NCBI GenBank assembly: GCA_965242965.1
Contig: OZ251518.1
Location: forward strand, 4,768,001-4,832,000
Reading direction: 5' to 3'
From: Candidatus Poribacteria bacterium
Lineage (GTDB): Bacteria > Poribacteria > WGA-4E > WGA-3G
DNA length: 64,000 nt
Shown here: piece by piece, positions 30,434 to 40,615 of the stretch
How positions within the stretch are numbered: the first letter of the stretch is position 1
Layout: each line of letters starts with the position of its first letter
Program-made: the position numbers and the translations under genes
The notes under the pieces: generated by a model
The model's input: only the letters and a program-made list of their open reading frames with translations
Told to the model about the DNA's origin: nothing
The model's database searches: none

Positions 30434-31723
30434 ATGCTGAAACGTATCAAAATTCAGGGGTTCAAATCCCTTGCAAATGTTGAAGTGAATCTGGACCCGC
30501 TCGCGGTGCTCATCGGCCCGAATGCATCAGGTAAAAGTAATTTCCTCGATGCCTTACAACTGCTCTCCCGGATAACCACTTGCCGGACGTTAAAAGAGGC
30601 ATTTGATTTGCCACACCGAGGGTACCCCCTAGAGTCATTCACTTTTGGACCAGAAGGCATCAAGAACCTGTTGGAACGCGAGACAGTGGCGTTCACTCTC
30701 GAAGTTGATGTTCAGTTATCCCCCCAAATCGTTGAAACCGTCAATCGACGCATTCAAGAAAGGGTGAAAAATAAATCTGTCTCAAAGCAATTCGTGCGTG
30801 AGCAGCATCTGCGGTATCGCATCGAGATTGAAATGCTCCCCAAACTCGGTATTTTGCAGGTAGCAGACGAATATCTCGCTGCACTGAATGCCAAAGGCGA
30901 GGTGAGTCGGAGACGGAAGCCGTTCTTGGAACAGATTGACGGCCAACTGCGTTTGCGGATGGAGGGACAGGCGCATCCACTCTACTATGAGCCGCATCTT
31001 GACTACAGTATTCTTTCCATGTCGCATTATCCGCCGCACTATCCACATGTCGTGGCGATGCAGGAAGAATTGGCGAACTGGTTCACCTACTACTTTGAAC
31101 CCCGAGAGCGAATGCGGATTCCGAATCCTGTCAAGGAGGTCGACCACGTTGGGGTGATGGGGGAAGACCTTGCGGCGTTTCTCAACACCTTACGGGCCCT
31201 CAACGAACCTCAGTTCAAGGCGGTTGAAAAATCGCTGCACGCCATTATCCCATCAATAACAGGGATTGATGTCAGTGTCAATAAGTTGGGCCAAGTTGAG
31301 TTGGATCTTCGTGAAGGCGAAAAATTCGTCTCCACTCGAATCGTATCGGAAGGCACGCTCCGCATTTTAGGGCTTTTAGCACTCAGCGGGGCAAAAAAGC
31401 CGCCGGTGCTCGTCGGGTTTGAAGAACCGGAAAACGGCATCCATCCGCGCCGCATTCAACGGATTGCTCGGCTTTTGGAAACCCGCAGAATTCTCCAAGA
31501 TACCCAATTCATCGTCACGACGCATTCACCGCTTTTGCCGGATCTCGTTCCTATTGACTCTGTATACCTCTGTCGCAAAGTGAACGGGACTACGGAGATT
31601 GAACCTTTTACAAAAACGCATGTGGGGGAGCTTTGGAAGGCACGGGAAATTCAGACAGCGTTGGATGCCGAAGATGATTTGGCTATTTCCGGACGTATCG
31701 TGAGGGGAGATTTTGATGCGTAA
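30434..31723 (+). CDS. AAA/ABC-type ATPase (AAA_15/AAA_21-like)
   Basis: IQGFKSL, Walker A GPNASGKSN, SEGTLR, FEEPENGIHP, IVTTHSP. Confidence 0.92.
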   Translation: MLKRIKIQGFKSLANVEVNLDPLAVLIGPNASGKSNFLDALQLLSRITTCRTLKEAFDLPHRGYPLESFTFGPEGIKNLLERETVAFTLEVDVQLSPQIVETVNRRIQERVKNKSVSKQFVREQHLRYRIEIEMLPKLGILQVADEYLAALNAKGEVSRRRKPFLEQIDGQLRLRMEGQAHPLYYEPHLDYSILSMSHYPPHYPHVVAMQEELANWFTYYFEPRERMRIPNPVKEVDHVGVMGEDLAAFLNTLRALNEPQFKAVEKSLHAIIPSITGIDVSVNKLGQVELDLREGEKFVSTRIVSEGTLRILGLLALSGAKKPPVLVGFEEPENGIHPRRIQRIARLLETRRILQDTQFIVTTHSPLLPDLVPIDSVYLCRKVNGTTEIEPFTKTHVGELWKAREIQTALDAEDDLAISGRIVRGDFDA

Positions 31724-32315
31724 TATCAGCCTATTCGCCGAAGACGAAGCGCATGAAGATTTTCTCTCGGCTTTGGTTCACCGACTCGCTGATGACTACC
31801 ATGTGAAAATCAATCTCAAACCCCGTAATGTCCGCGGCGGACATGGAAAAGTTATCGCTGAGTTGAGACTGTATCAACAAGGTTTACGGGACTACAATGA
31901 ACCTTTACCTGATTTGATTGTCGTTGGAACCGATAGTAATTGCCGTGGGTTTGCGTCACGGAAAAAGGCGATTGATCAGGCAATCTCCACGGATTTTACC
32001 GATTTGGCGATTTGCGCGATTCCGGAGCCGCATATTGAACGATGGCTACTCCTTGACTCGGAAGCGTTCAAAACGGTTTTGGGAAAAGGGTGCCCGGCAC
32101 CAGACCAGAAATGCGAACGAGATCGGTACAAGCGGCTTCTGATAGAAGCAGTTCGTGCCGCGGGATTAGTTCCAATTTCAGGCGGTATTGAGCACACGGA
32201 AGAACTTGTCAATGCCATGAATCTCTCGCGTATGGCACAAATTGATAGAACCATAGACAGACTTTTGAACGCGTTGCACAGAAGGTTTCAGATGTGGCAG
32301 CAAACAGAAAATTGA
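31716..32315 (+). CDS. DUF4276-like (TOPRIM-like) partner of the ATPase
   Basis: Overlaps the ATPase stop. FAEDEAH, VVGTDSN, PEPHIERWLLLD. Confidence 0.7.
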   Translation: MRNISLFAEDEAHEDFLSALVHRLADDYHVKINLKPRNVRGGHGKVIAELRLYQQGLRDYNEPLPDLIVVGTDSNCRGFASRKKAIDQAISTDFTDLAICAIPEPHIERWLLLDSEAFKTVLGKGCPAPDQKCERDRYKRLLIEAVRAAGLVPISGGIEHTEELVNAMNLSRMAQIDRTIDRLLNALHRRFQMWQQTEN

Positions 32316-32326
32316 ATCGGCACGAT

Positions 32327-32890
32327 ATGAAAACGCCTGACATCACAATCATCGGCGAAAAGGGACAGGCAGGAACATACCTCCTGTGCATCCGACTCGC
32401 AGAAGATACCAAAATCCGATTCGGACGCTTCAAAAAGGGAAAACCGATTTTTCTTCCGGCAGGTGACTATGTCTACGTCGGTTCAGCACTCGCCGAGAAA
32501 GGCGCGACATCCCTCGCACGGAGGCTCGTTCGACACGCAACGCGAAGCGGGAATTTACCACCCCATGCAATTCGCTGCGAGATGATACGCCGATTTACCG
32601 AATGCGGCTTGGGCATCGGCAATCTGCTTCCAAGACGCGGCAAAACCTTGCATTGGAACATCGATTTCCTCTTGGAACTACAATCGGCGGAAATTGCAAG
32701 CGTCATTATCCTGCGCTCGCCTGAACGACTCGAAAACAGCATTGCTAAGCGGTTAGAACAAGATGAGCACACGCAAATTATTGAAAAGGGATTAGGCGCG
32801 AACGATGCACCGGGTAGCACGCATCTGTTGCGCGTGAACGCGGACAGTCCGTGGTGGGCATCTCTCGTCGCACAACTGGAGCAACTATGA
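32327..32890 (+). CDS. DUF123 / GIY-YIG nuclease family protein
   Basis: GTYLLCI, GDYVYVGSA, RRLVRH, LHWNIDFLL, GLGAND...THL. Confidence 0.85.
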   Translation: MKTPDITIIGEKGQAGTYLLCIRLAEDTKIRFGRFKKGKPIFLPAGDYVYVGSALAEKGATSLARRLVRHATRSGNLPPHAIRCEMIRRFTECGLGIGNLLPRRGKTLHWNIDFLLELQSAEIASVIILRSPERLENSIAKRLEQDEHTQIIEKGLGANDAPGSTHLLRVNADSPWWASLVAQLEQL

Positions 32891-34329
32891 ACGATAAAAC
32901 TCGACCCAACATTCTTTTTTTATTAACCGATCAGCAGCGATACGACTCGCTCGGTTGCAACGGCGCGCCGGTTTGCAGAACACCCGCTGTCGATGAAATC
33001 GCCGAGCAAGGGACGCGGTTTACGAATGCCTATACGCCCATCGCGCTCTGCTCGCCGGCACGCGGGTCACTGCTCACCGGACTCTATCCGCATAACCACG
33101 GACAGCTCTCCAACATGGGCAATTTCAACGGCGTGTTCGCAAACCAAATTCTTGATAAACCGGCGTACCCGCAACTGCTGAAAAATGCAGGTTATCAGGT
33201 GAGCTGCGTCGGGAAATGGCACCTCGCTAAGGAAGGCGATACCGAATTCTGGGGTTATGATAAATGGCATCCCTATCGTGAGTGGCACCAGTGGCTTCGC
33301 GATGCAGGGATTGACTTCCGAATTGACAGAGACGCTGTGCAACCGCTTGAATGGGGCGGCGATGCACCTTTTTACGGCAGACTGACACTCCCTGCAGAAC
33401 GCACGATGGAGGCGTGGACAGCCGATAAAACCATTGAGTTAATCAACGGATATACGAGTGCCGCGCAACCCTTTATGCTCGCCGCGAATTTCTTCGGACC
33501 GCATTTTCCTTACGCCGTCCCTGCGCCGTATGATACGATGTATAATCCGAATGACGTTGAACGGTGGGGCAACTTTGACGAGCAGTTTGTCAACAAGCCG
33601 TCTATCCAGCAAAAGGAGATGCTCCGCTGGAACACCAGTCACCTTACCTGGCCAGATTGGCAGAAAGTCATCGCCTGCTATTGGGGCTTCTGCACTTTCA
33701 TCGATACCCAGGTCCGGCGCATCCTCAACTGCCTTGAAGAGAACGGTCTGGCAGAAAATACCATCGTGATTTTTTCCACCGACCACGGTGATATGCTCGG
33801 CAGCCATCGACTTTTTAACAAAGGATTCCACATGTATGAGGAGACGCACCACATTCCGCTCGTCATCCGATGGCCGGGTGTGACTGCACCGGGGACGACG
33901 TGTGATGAGTTTGTGAATCTCGTCGATCTGATGCCGACGTTTTTGGAACTAGGCGGCGCGCAGATACCTAATAATTTGGACGGCAGAGCTATCGTGCCGC
34001 TACTGCGAGGTGAAACGGTGCCTGACTGGCCCGATGACGTGTTCGCCGAATTCCACGGGTATGAGCCGACGCTTGCCTCTGTGAGGATGGTGCGCACGCG
34101 CTCGTGGAAATACGTCTACAATCCGTATAGTGAGGATGAACTCTACGATATGCAGAGTGACCCGCACGAATTGCACAACCTCGCGACGCACCTCGGTTAC
34201 AAGCACGTCCTTCGCCGCATGAAGGCGCGCATGGTGAATCGCCTGCGCGAGACGCGGGACAACATCGTCATGGAAGGCGGATGGCAGAGCAATTCGTTTG
34301 ATTTGTTGGTGTCTGAGCGAGAACGGTAG
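32887..34329 (+). CDS. sulfatase (Cys-type, formylglycine-dependent)
   Basis: RPNILFLLTDQQR, CSPARGSLLTG, GKWHL, DHGDMLG, K....YEE. Confidence 0.95.
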   Translation: MNDKTRPNILFLLTDQQRYDSLGCNGAPVCRTPAVDEIAEQGTRFTNAYTPIALCSPARGSLLTGLYPHNHGQLSNMGNFNGVFANQILDKPAYPQLLKNAGYQVSCVGKWHLAKEGDTEFWGYDKWHPYREWHQWLRDAGIDFRIDRDAVQPLEWGGDAPFYGRLTLPAERTMEAWTADKTIELINGYTSAAQPFMLAANFFGPHFPYAVPAPYDTMYNPNDVERWGNFDEQFVNKPSIQQKEMLRWNTSHLTWPDWQKVIACYWGFCTFIDTQVRRILNCLEENGLAENTIVIFSTDHGDMLGSHRLFNKGFHMYEETHHIPLVIRWPGVTAPGTTCDEFVNLVDLMPTFLELGGAQIPNNLDGRAIVPLLRGETVPDWPDDVFAEFHGYEPTLASVRMVRTRSWKYVYNPYSEDELYDMQSDPHELHNLATHLGYKHVLRRMKARMVNRLRETRDNIVMEGGWQSNSFDLLVSERER

Positions 34330-34522
34330 TACATGCTAAAGCGATGCCCTGCTCCTCGCCGCTACACGTCTAGTCTCGCGCGAGCACGAAAAACTCAGCG
34401 TCTTTCGGAGTTAATTTTTCCTTGATTTGACTAAGAAATCATGGTATAATAAACGAAAGCAGCTGAATCAATAGGTTGGATGCGCGAACGAGCTGCCAAA
34501 CGAGCCAATCTCCGTTTCTTAA

Positions 34523-35098
34523 GTGACAGTTATGCTTACATTTAAATGCGCTATTGAGCAAGTTGCAGACTGGCATCCGCGCCTGTTTCTTGATTCACAT
34601 GTTGTTGCATGCGTGGCAGTGATGAGTTTGCATTCGGCTTCACCGGGAGTCTTTGAAGTTGAGTGCGAGAATATCGTATCTGATTGGCTAGGTGAGGAAA
34701 CACGGTTTATGCTTGAGGTTTCGTGGGCAGCAGAAACTGCTCAGAAAGCGGAACGTTTACGCTCTACTATACAACAAAAGCCTATAGTAGAGATGGCTGC
34801 CTCGGCTTTAGCGTTTAGTCTAACCCCTCACATCATCGATCTCGGCGAATTATCTGTCGCGAGTTACGGCGAACGCGCTGATTACCTCTTATTACAAAAA
34901 CCAGCAGTTCTTGAAATCAGTGGCACAGAATCGCCGGCTGAACTCGCAAGGCGGCATCGGGAAAAGGTGGCTCAAGCCCTAGAAAACCCATATAGTCTAG
35001 ATGCGTATATTGTCGTCTGCAGTTTCTCTGCCGCTGGACACCGTATTCGATTTTCTTATCACCGTTGGGAGGACGCGAATGAATCCGCAGAACGTTAA
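34523..35098 (+). CDS. hypothetical protein, possible PD-(D/E)XK nuclease fold
   Basis: E.A...LA..., GERADYLL, VLEISGTE. Promoter-like TTGATT..TGGTATAAT at 34422-34450. Confidence 0.65.
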   Translation: MTVMLTFKCAIEQVADWHPRLFLDSHVVACVAVMSLHSASPGVFEVECENIVSDWLGEETRFMLEVSWAAETAQKAERLRSTIQQKPIVEMAASALAFSLTPHIIDLGELSVASYGERADYLLLQKPAVLEISGTESPAELARRHREKVAQALENPYSLDAYIVVCSFSAAGHRIRFSYHRWEDANESAER

Positions 35099-35477
35099 AC
35101 CTTACCCGGAGGCACTCAAAGAATTAATGGGCAGAAAGTCATACATCCTTTCCAAAGCACACGCCTTGGAAAAATTTGGCATCCCGGAAACTGTGCAACC
35201 TTTCTGGCTGTCCGCTGCCGCCTATGAGGAACAGATCGCGCCTCAACTCGATCTCTTGGGACGCGAATTGGAAGGGGCTGTGCATCGTATTAGTGCCGCG
35301 TCATGTTACCAAAAAGCCGGGCAATTGAGCCGTGCCGTAAACCTCTACCGCGCAGCACTTGCGGGGCCGTTACGTGATAACACGCGGCAGGACGTTGAAA
35401 AAATGCTCAGTGACTGCCTCATCGCGTTGACTCATCAACAAGAAAAACCGGTTACCGCAATACCAGAAATAGCCTAG
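35079..35477 (+). CDS. small helical/TPR-like hypothetical protein
   Basis: GGAGG RBS, overlaps the previous gene. SAASCYQKAGQLSRAVNLYRAAL. Confidence 0.7.
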   Translation: MNPQNVKPYPEALKELMGRKSYILSKAHALEKFGIPETVQPFWLSAAAYEEQIAPQLDLLGRELEGAVHRISAASCYQKAGQLSRAVNLYRAALAGPLRDNTRQDVEKMLSDCLIALTHQQEKPVTAIPEIA

Positions 35478-35520
35478 GGTGAGGGACTGAGGAGAAATCA
35501 CGAACAGTCTCAAACCAACT

Positions 35521-35659
35521 CGGTAGGATAGACCTCCCGGTCTCGATGTTGAGGTATCGGGACAAGGATGTCCCGCCTACCGTGTTCAATCGGTAGGATA
35601 GACCTCCCGGTCTCGATTTTGAGGTATCGGGACAGGAATGTCCCGCCTACCGTGTTCAA
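35521..35659. repeat. two tandem 70-bp REP doublets
   Basis: CGGTAGGATAGACCTCCCGGTCTCGAT..CGGGACA..ATGTCCCGCCTACCGTGTTCAA at 35521 and 35591. Confidence 0.85.
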
Positions 35660-35748
35660 AAATATGAGACGCGCATTGATTAACTTGACAAAGTTTTGTT
35701 TTTAGGTTAACATCTTTGCAGAAACCCTTACCTCCAAAAGGAGAAATC

Positions 35749-36771
35749 ATGAAACAAGCTGCAATCTTAGGTCCTTCTCAAGCCGGGCTCGTTGAAGTGC
35801 CGGATCCGAAACCGAAAGAAGATTGGGTAGTCGTGAAAATTCACGCCGCACCCATGTGCAACGAATACCACGCCTTTGAGCATGGACACAAAACCAATTC
35901 CCTCGGCCACGAAGCCGCCGGCGAAGTCGTTGACATCGCACAGCCCGGCAAAGTGGCAATCGGTGACCGGGTTGTGGTGATGCCGCAATACCCGTGCGGG
36001 AAATGTGTCCTTTGCACCGACGGCGATTACATCCACTGCGAGGATAACTACAATTTCGAGGAGTTCACGGGCTCGCAGTACGGCCGCGCAACGATGGCGC
36101 AGTATATCGTCAAACCGTCGTGGCTTCTCCCGAAGATTCCTGAGCATGTCTCTTACGAACATGCATCGCTTGCGTGTTGCGCTTTAGGACCCTCTTACCG
36201 GGCATTTGATGAGATGGGGCTGAATGCAACGCATACCGTCCTCGTCACTGGCATCGGCCCCGTCGGTTTCGGTGCGATTACAAATGCGCGGTTTCGGGGA
36301 GCGAAAGTCATCGCGGCGGAACTGATTCCGTGGCGCGCTGAACACGCAAAACAGATGGGTGTTGAGGCTGTTATCAACCCCACCGATGAAGACGCAGTAG
36401 AGCAGATTCGCGAACTGACAACAGATGGACGCGGTGTCGATTTCGCGATTGACTGCTCAGGCAACGTCAAGGCGCATCGGCTCTGTATCGATGCAACGCG
36501 TCGCCGCGGCAGAATCGCGTTCGTCGGACAGAGCGGTAGAAACGACACGGTCATCCATGTCAGTCCGGACCTCATCGGCAAGGGGTTGCACCTCGTCGGT
36601 GCGTGGCACTATAAACTCAGCCAATTCCCTGGTTTGCTGCGGGTAATTGAAGGTTCGCCGCTGCTCGATCTGCTTATCAGCAACATTTTTCCGATGAGCG
36701 AGATTCAGAAAGCGTTCGAGACCTCGGCTTCTCACGAAAGTTCCAAGATTATTCTCAAGCCGTGGGAGTAA
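35749..36771 (+). CDS. zinc-binding alcohol dehydrogenase (MDR family)
   Basis: GHEAAGEV, CGKCVLC..G....C, GIGPVG, DCSG. AGGAG RBS. Confidence 0.93.
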   Translation: MKQAAILGPSQAGLVEVPDPKPKEDWVVVKIHAAPMCNEYHAFEHGHKTNSLGHEAAGEVVDIAQPGKVAIGDRVVVMPQYPCGKCVLCTDGDYIHCEDNYNFEEFTGSQYGRATMAQYIVKPSWLLPKIPEHVSYEHASLACCALGPSYRAFDEMGLNATHTVLVTGIGPVGFGAITNARFRGAKVIAAELIPWRAEHAKQMGVEAVINPTDEDAVEQIRELTTDGRGVDFAIDCSGNVKAHRLCIDATRRRGRIAFVGQSGRNDTVIHVSPDLIGKGLHLVGAWHYKLSQFPGLLRVIEGSPLLDLLISNIFPMSEIQKAFETSASHESSKIILKPWE

Positions 36772-36792
36772 TTGAAAAACTGGGAGAGACGA

Positions 36793-37602
36793 ATGACACC
36801 GAGAGAACGTTATCTTTTTGACTTGCGCGGCTATCTGCATCTGGAGAACGTCTTGTCGGCGCAAGAATTGAGCGACGCGCAGTTGGCGATTGAGCGGCTT
36901 GTGCAGTCGCCGCCTGATGCGTTGCCGCCCGGCATCCAGCGCGGCGGGGAAGGGTTTTCCAACGGCTTCTCCGCCGATAAATCACTGGAAGCGTTGACGT
37001 TGCATCCGAGAACCTGGCCGCTTATTAAGGAATTGACTGGGAACAAACCGCGTTTCAATCGTGGTTCGCTCGTCGTCAATACGCACGAAAACCGTGAGAT
37101 GACTCCGCTTCATTGCGCCCGCGAGGGGTTCCGTTGGACGCGCCGTTACGCAGTCAAAAATGGAGAGATCTATACGAACGACATCGTCGTTTTCTTCTAT
37201 TTCACGGATGTCCATCCGGGAGACGGTGGACTGGTAGTCTTGCCGGGCTCGCATAAAAGCAGGTTTGAACGTCCCGAGAAGTTGTTCTTCCCGAACCCGG
37301 ATGACACGGATGCCGCGCTTCATCCCGCGCTTGTCAATGTCACCCCGAAAGCCGGCGATGCAGTGATTATTACCGAGATGTTGACGCACGGTGTGTTGGT
37401 GTGGAAACCGGAAGACAGGGATCGGCGGTTCTTAATTTTGCGGTATAAGCCGCACTATTTTCAGGATGACAGGGGTATCCGCGAGGCTTTTCCACAGGAA
37501 GTCATGGCGCGTCTTTCTCCTGAGACGCAGGCATTGGCGGCATACGGTTCCTATTGGGAAGAGAAGGAGTTAGTCAAACGCGATGTTGTGACGTTGAGTT
37601 GA
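36793..37602 (+). CDS. phytanoyl-CoA dioxygenase (PhyH) family
   Basis: ERYLFDLRGYL, YFTDV.PGDGGLVVLPGSHK, AGDAVI.TE.LTHG. Confidence 0.88.
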   Translation: MTPRERYLFDLRGYLHLENVLSAQELSDAQLAIERLVQSPPDALPPGIQRGGEGFSNGFSADKSLEALTLHPRTWPLIKELTGNKPRFNRGSLVVNTHENREMTPLHCAREGFRWTRRYAVKNGEIYTNDIVVFFYFTDVHPGDGGLVVLPGSHKSRFERPEKLFFPNPDDTDAALHPALVNVTPKAGDAVIITEMLTHGVLVWKPEDRDRRFLILRYKPHYFQDDRGIREAFPQEVMARLSPETQALAAYGSYWEEKELVKRDVVTLS

Positions 37603-37645
37603 ACGTCTGAATCGCGGATTTACCGGGTTAACTTGCAGGTTCATC

Positions 37646-38788
37646 ATGGCTGAAAACATTACAGGGATGAATCCCGCCATCATCAAATGGGCGCGAGAAC
37701 GCTCAGGATATAGCCTAGCAGAGGCCGCGGCAGTTGTGAAGAAAGATGTCGCGATTCTCACTGATTGGGAGTCTGGGGCTAGCGCGCCGACTTACGTTCA
37801 ACTCGAAAAGTTGGCGGATAAATACAAGCGACCGGTTGCGATTTTCTTCTTCCCGGAACCTCCCGAGGAACCGGATATTGCGGGGAATCTTGCGATGCGG
37901 AGCTCTGATACTCAGCCGATTTCCCCGCAGATGCATATTTTGTTGCGTCAGGCTTACGCTCGGCAAATTTCCTTGATGGAGCTGAGTGAGGGCGTGAATT
38001 CGGCGGCAGATCTGATTGTTCGTTCGCTGCGGACAACTCTTGATGTCTCAGCGATAGCGTTCGCGCGAAAAACCCGCGCGTATCTGGACGTAAGCGTTGA
38101 GACACAGATGGGATGGCACAACACGAAAGAGGCTCTCGAAAGATGGCAGGACATCATCGAAGAAAAGGGCATTTTTGTGTTTAAGGATGCATTCCGTGAC
38201 GACACCGTTGACGGTTTTTGTCTTGCCCATGAGGAATTTCCTGTCATCTACCTCAATAATAGCAGACCGGCTGTCCGCCAGATCTTCTCACTCTTTCATG
38301 AGTTAGCGCATCTCCTCCTCGGCGAGAACGGCATTACGCGCGGAAACCGAATTCATGGCGGCGAAAAAGTCGAAAATTTTTGCAACCAATTTGCCGCTGA
38401 ATTTCTCGTTCCAGACCTTGACTTAGACACCCATCTCACTTTTCCGGTTTACGATGACAATGCAATAGAAACCTTGGCAAATCGATACAAGGTTAGCCGT
38501 CCTGTCATTTTACTGAGACTGGTTGACAGAGATATCCTCACGCAAGACGATTATGTTCAAAGCACAGAGGAGTGGGCCGCGGGATACGAATCCCAGCAAG
38601 GAAAAAAGGGCGGGGGCAACTATTACAATACTCTCGCAGCGTATCTTGGCCACAGATTTATGGAACTCGCCTTCAGCAAATATCACCAAGGGCAATGTTC
38701 AATTGAACAACTTGCAGAGCATCTGAATGTCAAAGTCAAAAATCTGCCGAGGTTAGAAGACTGCTTGTCGGGAAGGGCAAACCGCTAA
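37646..38788 (+). CDS. XRE-HTH + ImmA/IrrE metallopeptidase
   Basis: IKWARERSG..WESG...PTY.QLEKLA, FSLFHELAH, ENFCNQFAAEFLVP. Confidence 0.92.
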   Translation: MAENITGMNPAIIKWARERSGYSLAEAAAVVKKDVAILTDWESGASAPTYVQLEKLADKYKRPVAIFFFPEPPEEPDIAGNLAMRSSDTQPISPQMHILLRQAYARQISLMELSEGVNSAADLIVRSLRTTLDVSAIAFARKTRAYLDVSVETQMGWHNTKEALERWQDIIEEKGIFVFKDAFRDDTVDGFCLAHEEFPVIYLNNSRPAVRQIFSLFHELAHLLLGENGITRGNRIHGGEKVENFCNQFAAEFLVPDLDLDTHLTFPVYDDNAIETLANRYKVSRPVILLRLVDRDILTQDDYVQSTEEWAAGYESQQGKKGGGNYYNTLAAYLGHRFMELAFSKYHQGQCSIEQLAEHLNVKVKNLPRLEDCLSGRANR

Positions 38789-39258
38789 TGGCCTATGTAT
38801 TTGACACCAACAGTTTTAGTGTGCTTGGTAACTACTATCCTGAGCAATTCCCATCGTTTTGGCGAGAATTTGAGCAGGCGGTAGCAGCTGGGAAAGTGCT
38901 CTCTGTCCGCGAGGTCTACAGAGAATTGGAACGCTACGCGCGTCATCCCCACTTAACTGATTGGGTAAAATCTCACCGAAGCATTTTTACCCCACCCGAG
39001 TCAGCGGAGATGCGGTTCGTTGGCGACATTTTCTCCGTTCGGCATTTCCAAACGTTGGTGAACAAGAAAGTTCGTTTAAAAGGTCTCCCGGGCGCAGATC
39101 CGTTCATCATCGCTCGCGCAAAAGTCATAAACGGTTGCGTTGTCACAGAAGAAAAGGTAACCCCGAACGCCGCAAAAATACCCAACGTTTGTCGGCATTT
39201 TGGAGTTGACTGTACCAATCTTCAGGGATTTCTGGAGAAAGAACGCTGGACGTTTTAA
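38788..39258 (+). CDS. DUF4411 PIN-like protein
   Basis: YVFDTN, YYP..FPSFW, EVYREL, ADPFIIA, VVTEE, KIPNVC..FGV. TAATG coupling to the IrrE gene. Confidence 0.9.
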   Translation: MAYVFDTNSFSVLGNYYPEQFPSFWREFEQAVAAGKVLSVREVYRELERYARHPHLTDWVKSHRSIFTPPESAEMRFVGDIFSVRHFQTLVNKKVRLKGLPGADPFIIARAKVINGCVVTEEKVTPNAAKIPNVCRHFGVDCTNLQGFLEKERWTF

Positions 39259-39262
39259 CTTT

Positions 39263-40192
39263 ATGAGGACATCAACGATGAGATACGATCGCATCAACCG
39301 AACTTACGATTGTGAGCCAACGCTTACCGATACACAGGTGCTCCAATTTTGCAGAGACGGCTACTTGCAACTCCAAGGAGTCGTCCCTGGCGAGATTAAT
39401 CAACGCACCTGCGATTACCTCAACGGCGATTTGCCGATAAATCCCAGTTACATTCCCGATGGCATGACGTTAGCAGGGCTTGAGCGAATTCGGGATACGC
39501 ATGAACCGAGCTCTATCCTGCTGGAGGACTGGTATATTGAGCATGTCCTCCTCAATCCGCAACTCGCCGGCGCGTTGCGTTCGTTGCTAGGGAAGAATGT
39601 CGGATTACCGGTATTAGTCAGCAATCATCGGGTGGAATGTCCAGCACCGGCGCAAGGGTGGCATCACGATGCAGACCACGTTTTTGGCCCCGAGACTAAT
39701 TTCCTTGAGGTTTTCTACTTCCCGCAAGATACACCTCTGGCACTCGGTCCGACAGAACTTCTGCCCGGTTCGCATCTCCGCTCAACGCGCAGAGATATCG
39801 CCGAGAAAGGCGTTTCAAGCGCGGGACCTGCGGGTTCATTCGTTATTCATTCGCAGAGCATTCTGCATCGACGAGGCGAGTCAACGGCAAAAGGGTTGCG
39901 TCACATGCTGAAATATAGTTATTGGCGCACGGTGCCGCCGACGCGGGATTGGGTGCAGGAGCCGGATTTTGACTTCAGGACAGCGGTATATGGCGGGCAC
40001 GGCGTTGCGCGATATGTAGCGCACATATTCTATTGGCTTTGCGGCAAAGGTGATGAATTTCGCATTATCGGTGGGCAAGCGTGGCCCTGGTCCAGCGATA
40101 ATCAAATCGGTCCCTCCTACGGATTTGGGCATACGGACGGTTACCTTCCAAATTGGCGGAAGGATAACCCTGATGATTATGCCTCGGCATAG
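39263..40192 (+). CDS. phytanoyl-CoA dioxygenase (PhyH) family
   Basis: F.RDGY, QGWHHD, FYFPQD..GPTELLPGSH, AGS...H..ILHR. Confidence 0.85.
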   Translation: MRTSTMRYDRINRTYDCEPTLTDTQVLQFCRDGYLQLQGVVPGEINQRTCDYLNGDLPINPSYIPDGMTLAGLERIRDTHEPSSILLEDWYIEHVLLNPQLAGALRSLLGKNVGLPVLVSNHRVECPAPAQGWHHDADHVFGPETNFLEVFYFPQDTPLALGPTELLPGSHLRSTRRDIAEKGVSSAGPAGSFVIHSQSILHRRGESTAKGLRHMLKYSYWRTVPPTRDWVQEPDFDFRTAVYGGHGVARYVAHIFYWLCGKGDEFRIIGGQAWPWSSDNQIGPSYGFGHTDGYLPNWRKDNPDDYASA

Positions 40193-40224
40193 AAAAAAAG
40201 GCGCGCCCGGACGGCGCGCCTTTT
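40193..40224. terminator. bidirectional intrinsic terminator
   Basis: AAAAAAAGGCGCGCC-CGGAC-GGCGCGCCTTTT between convergent genes. Confidence 0.8.
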
Positions 40225-40257
40225 CCTCAGCGGTTAATAACCACTCGGTGACGGTGC

Positions 40258-40482
40258 TCAGCGTATTCTACCAACGTCGCTCAGCCTCCGTCCGATCAGT
40301 CGGCGATCGGTGGGGACTTTGTTGGACCGGAGTGCCCCCGATAACCGGTAATTCGCGCCTTCTGTCATGCGAATCTTTCCCGCGGCAGTCAGGCGTTTAT
40401 ATTCCTCTAAAAGCCGAAGCGGGCTGTTCTCAGGGACATCCGCTTCCATAGCAGAGATATGAGCGTAGCGTGACTCGTTCAT
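40258..40482 (-). CDS. small protein (74 aa), paralog of 40616..40933
   Basis: GGAGG RBS. Shares GANYRLS..L.SN.VP.D.R..GR.LS.V with its neighbour. Confidence 0.7.
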   Translation of the reverse strand: MNESRYAHISAMEADVPENSPLRLLEEYKRLTAAGKIRMTEGANYRLSGALRSNKVPTDRRLIGRRLSDVGRIR

Positions 40483-40615
40483 TGTGGACCTCCGTTTTCC
40501 GTTGTCAGCGGAAATTTTCTAAGCGTCTTGATGCTGTCCCCACGGTGGCACGCTCCGAAGAGAGCGCCTACGGTGTGGGCGAATTCAGCGGTTAATAACC
40601 GTTCAGGCACGGTGC

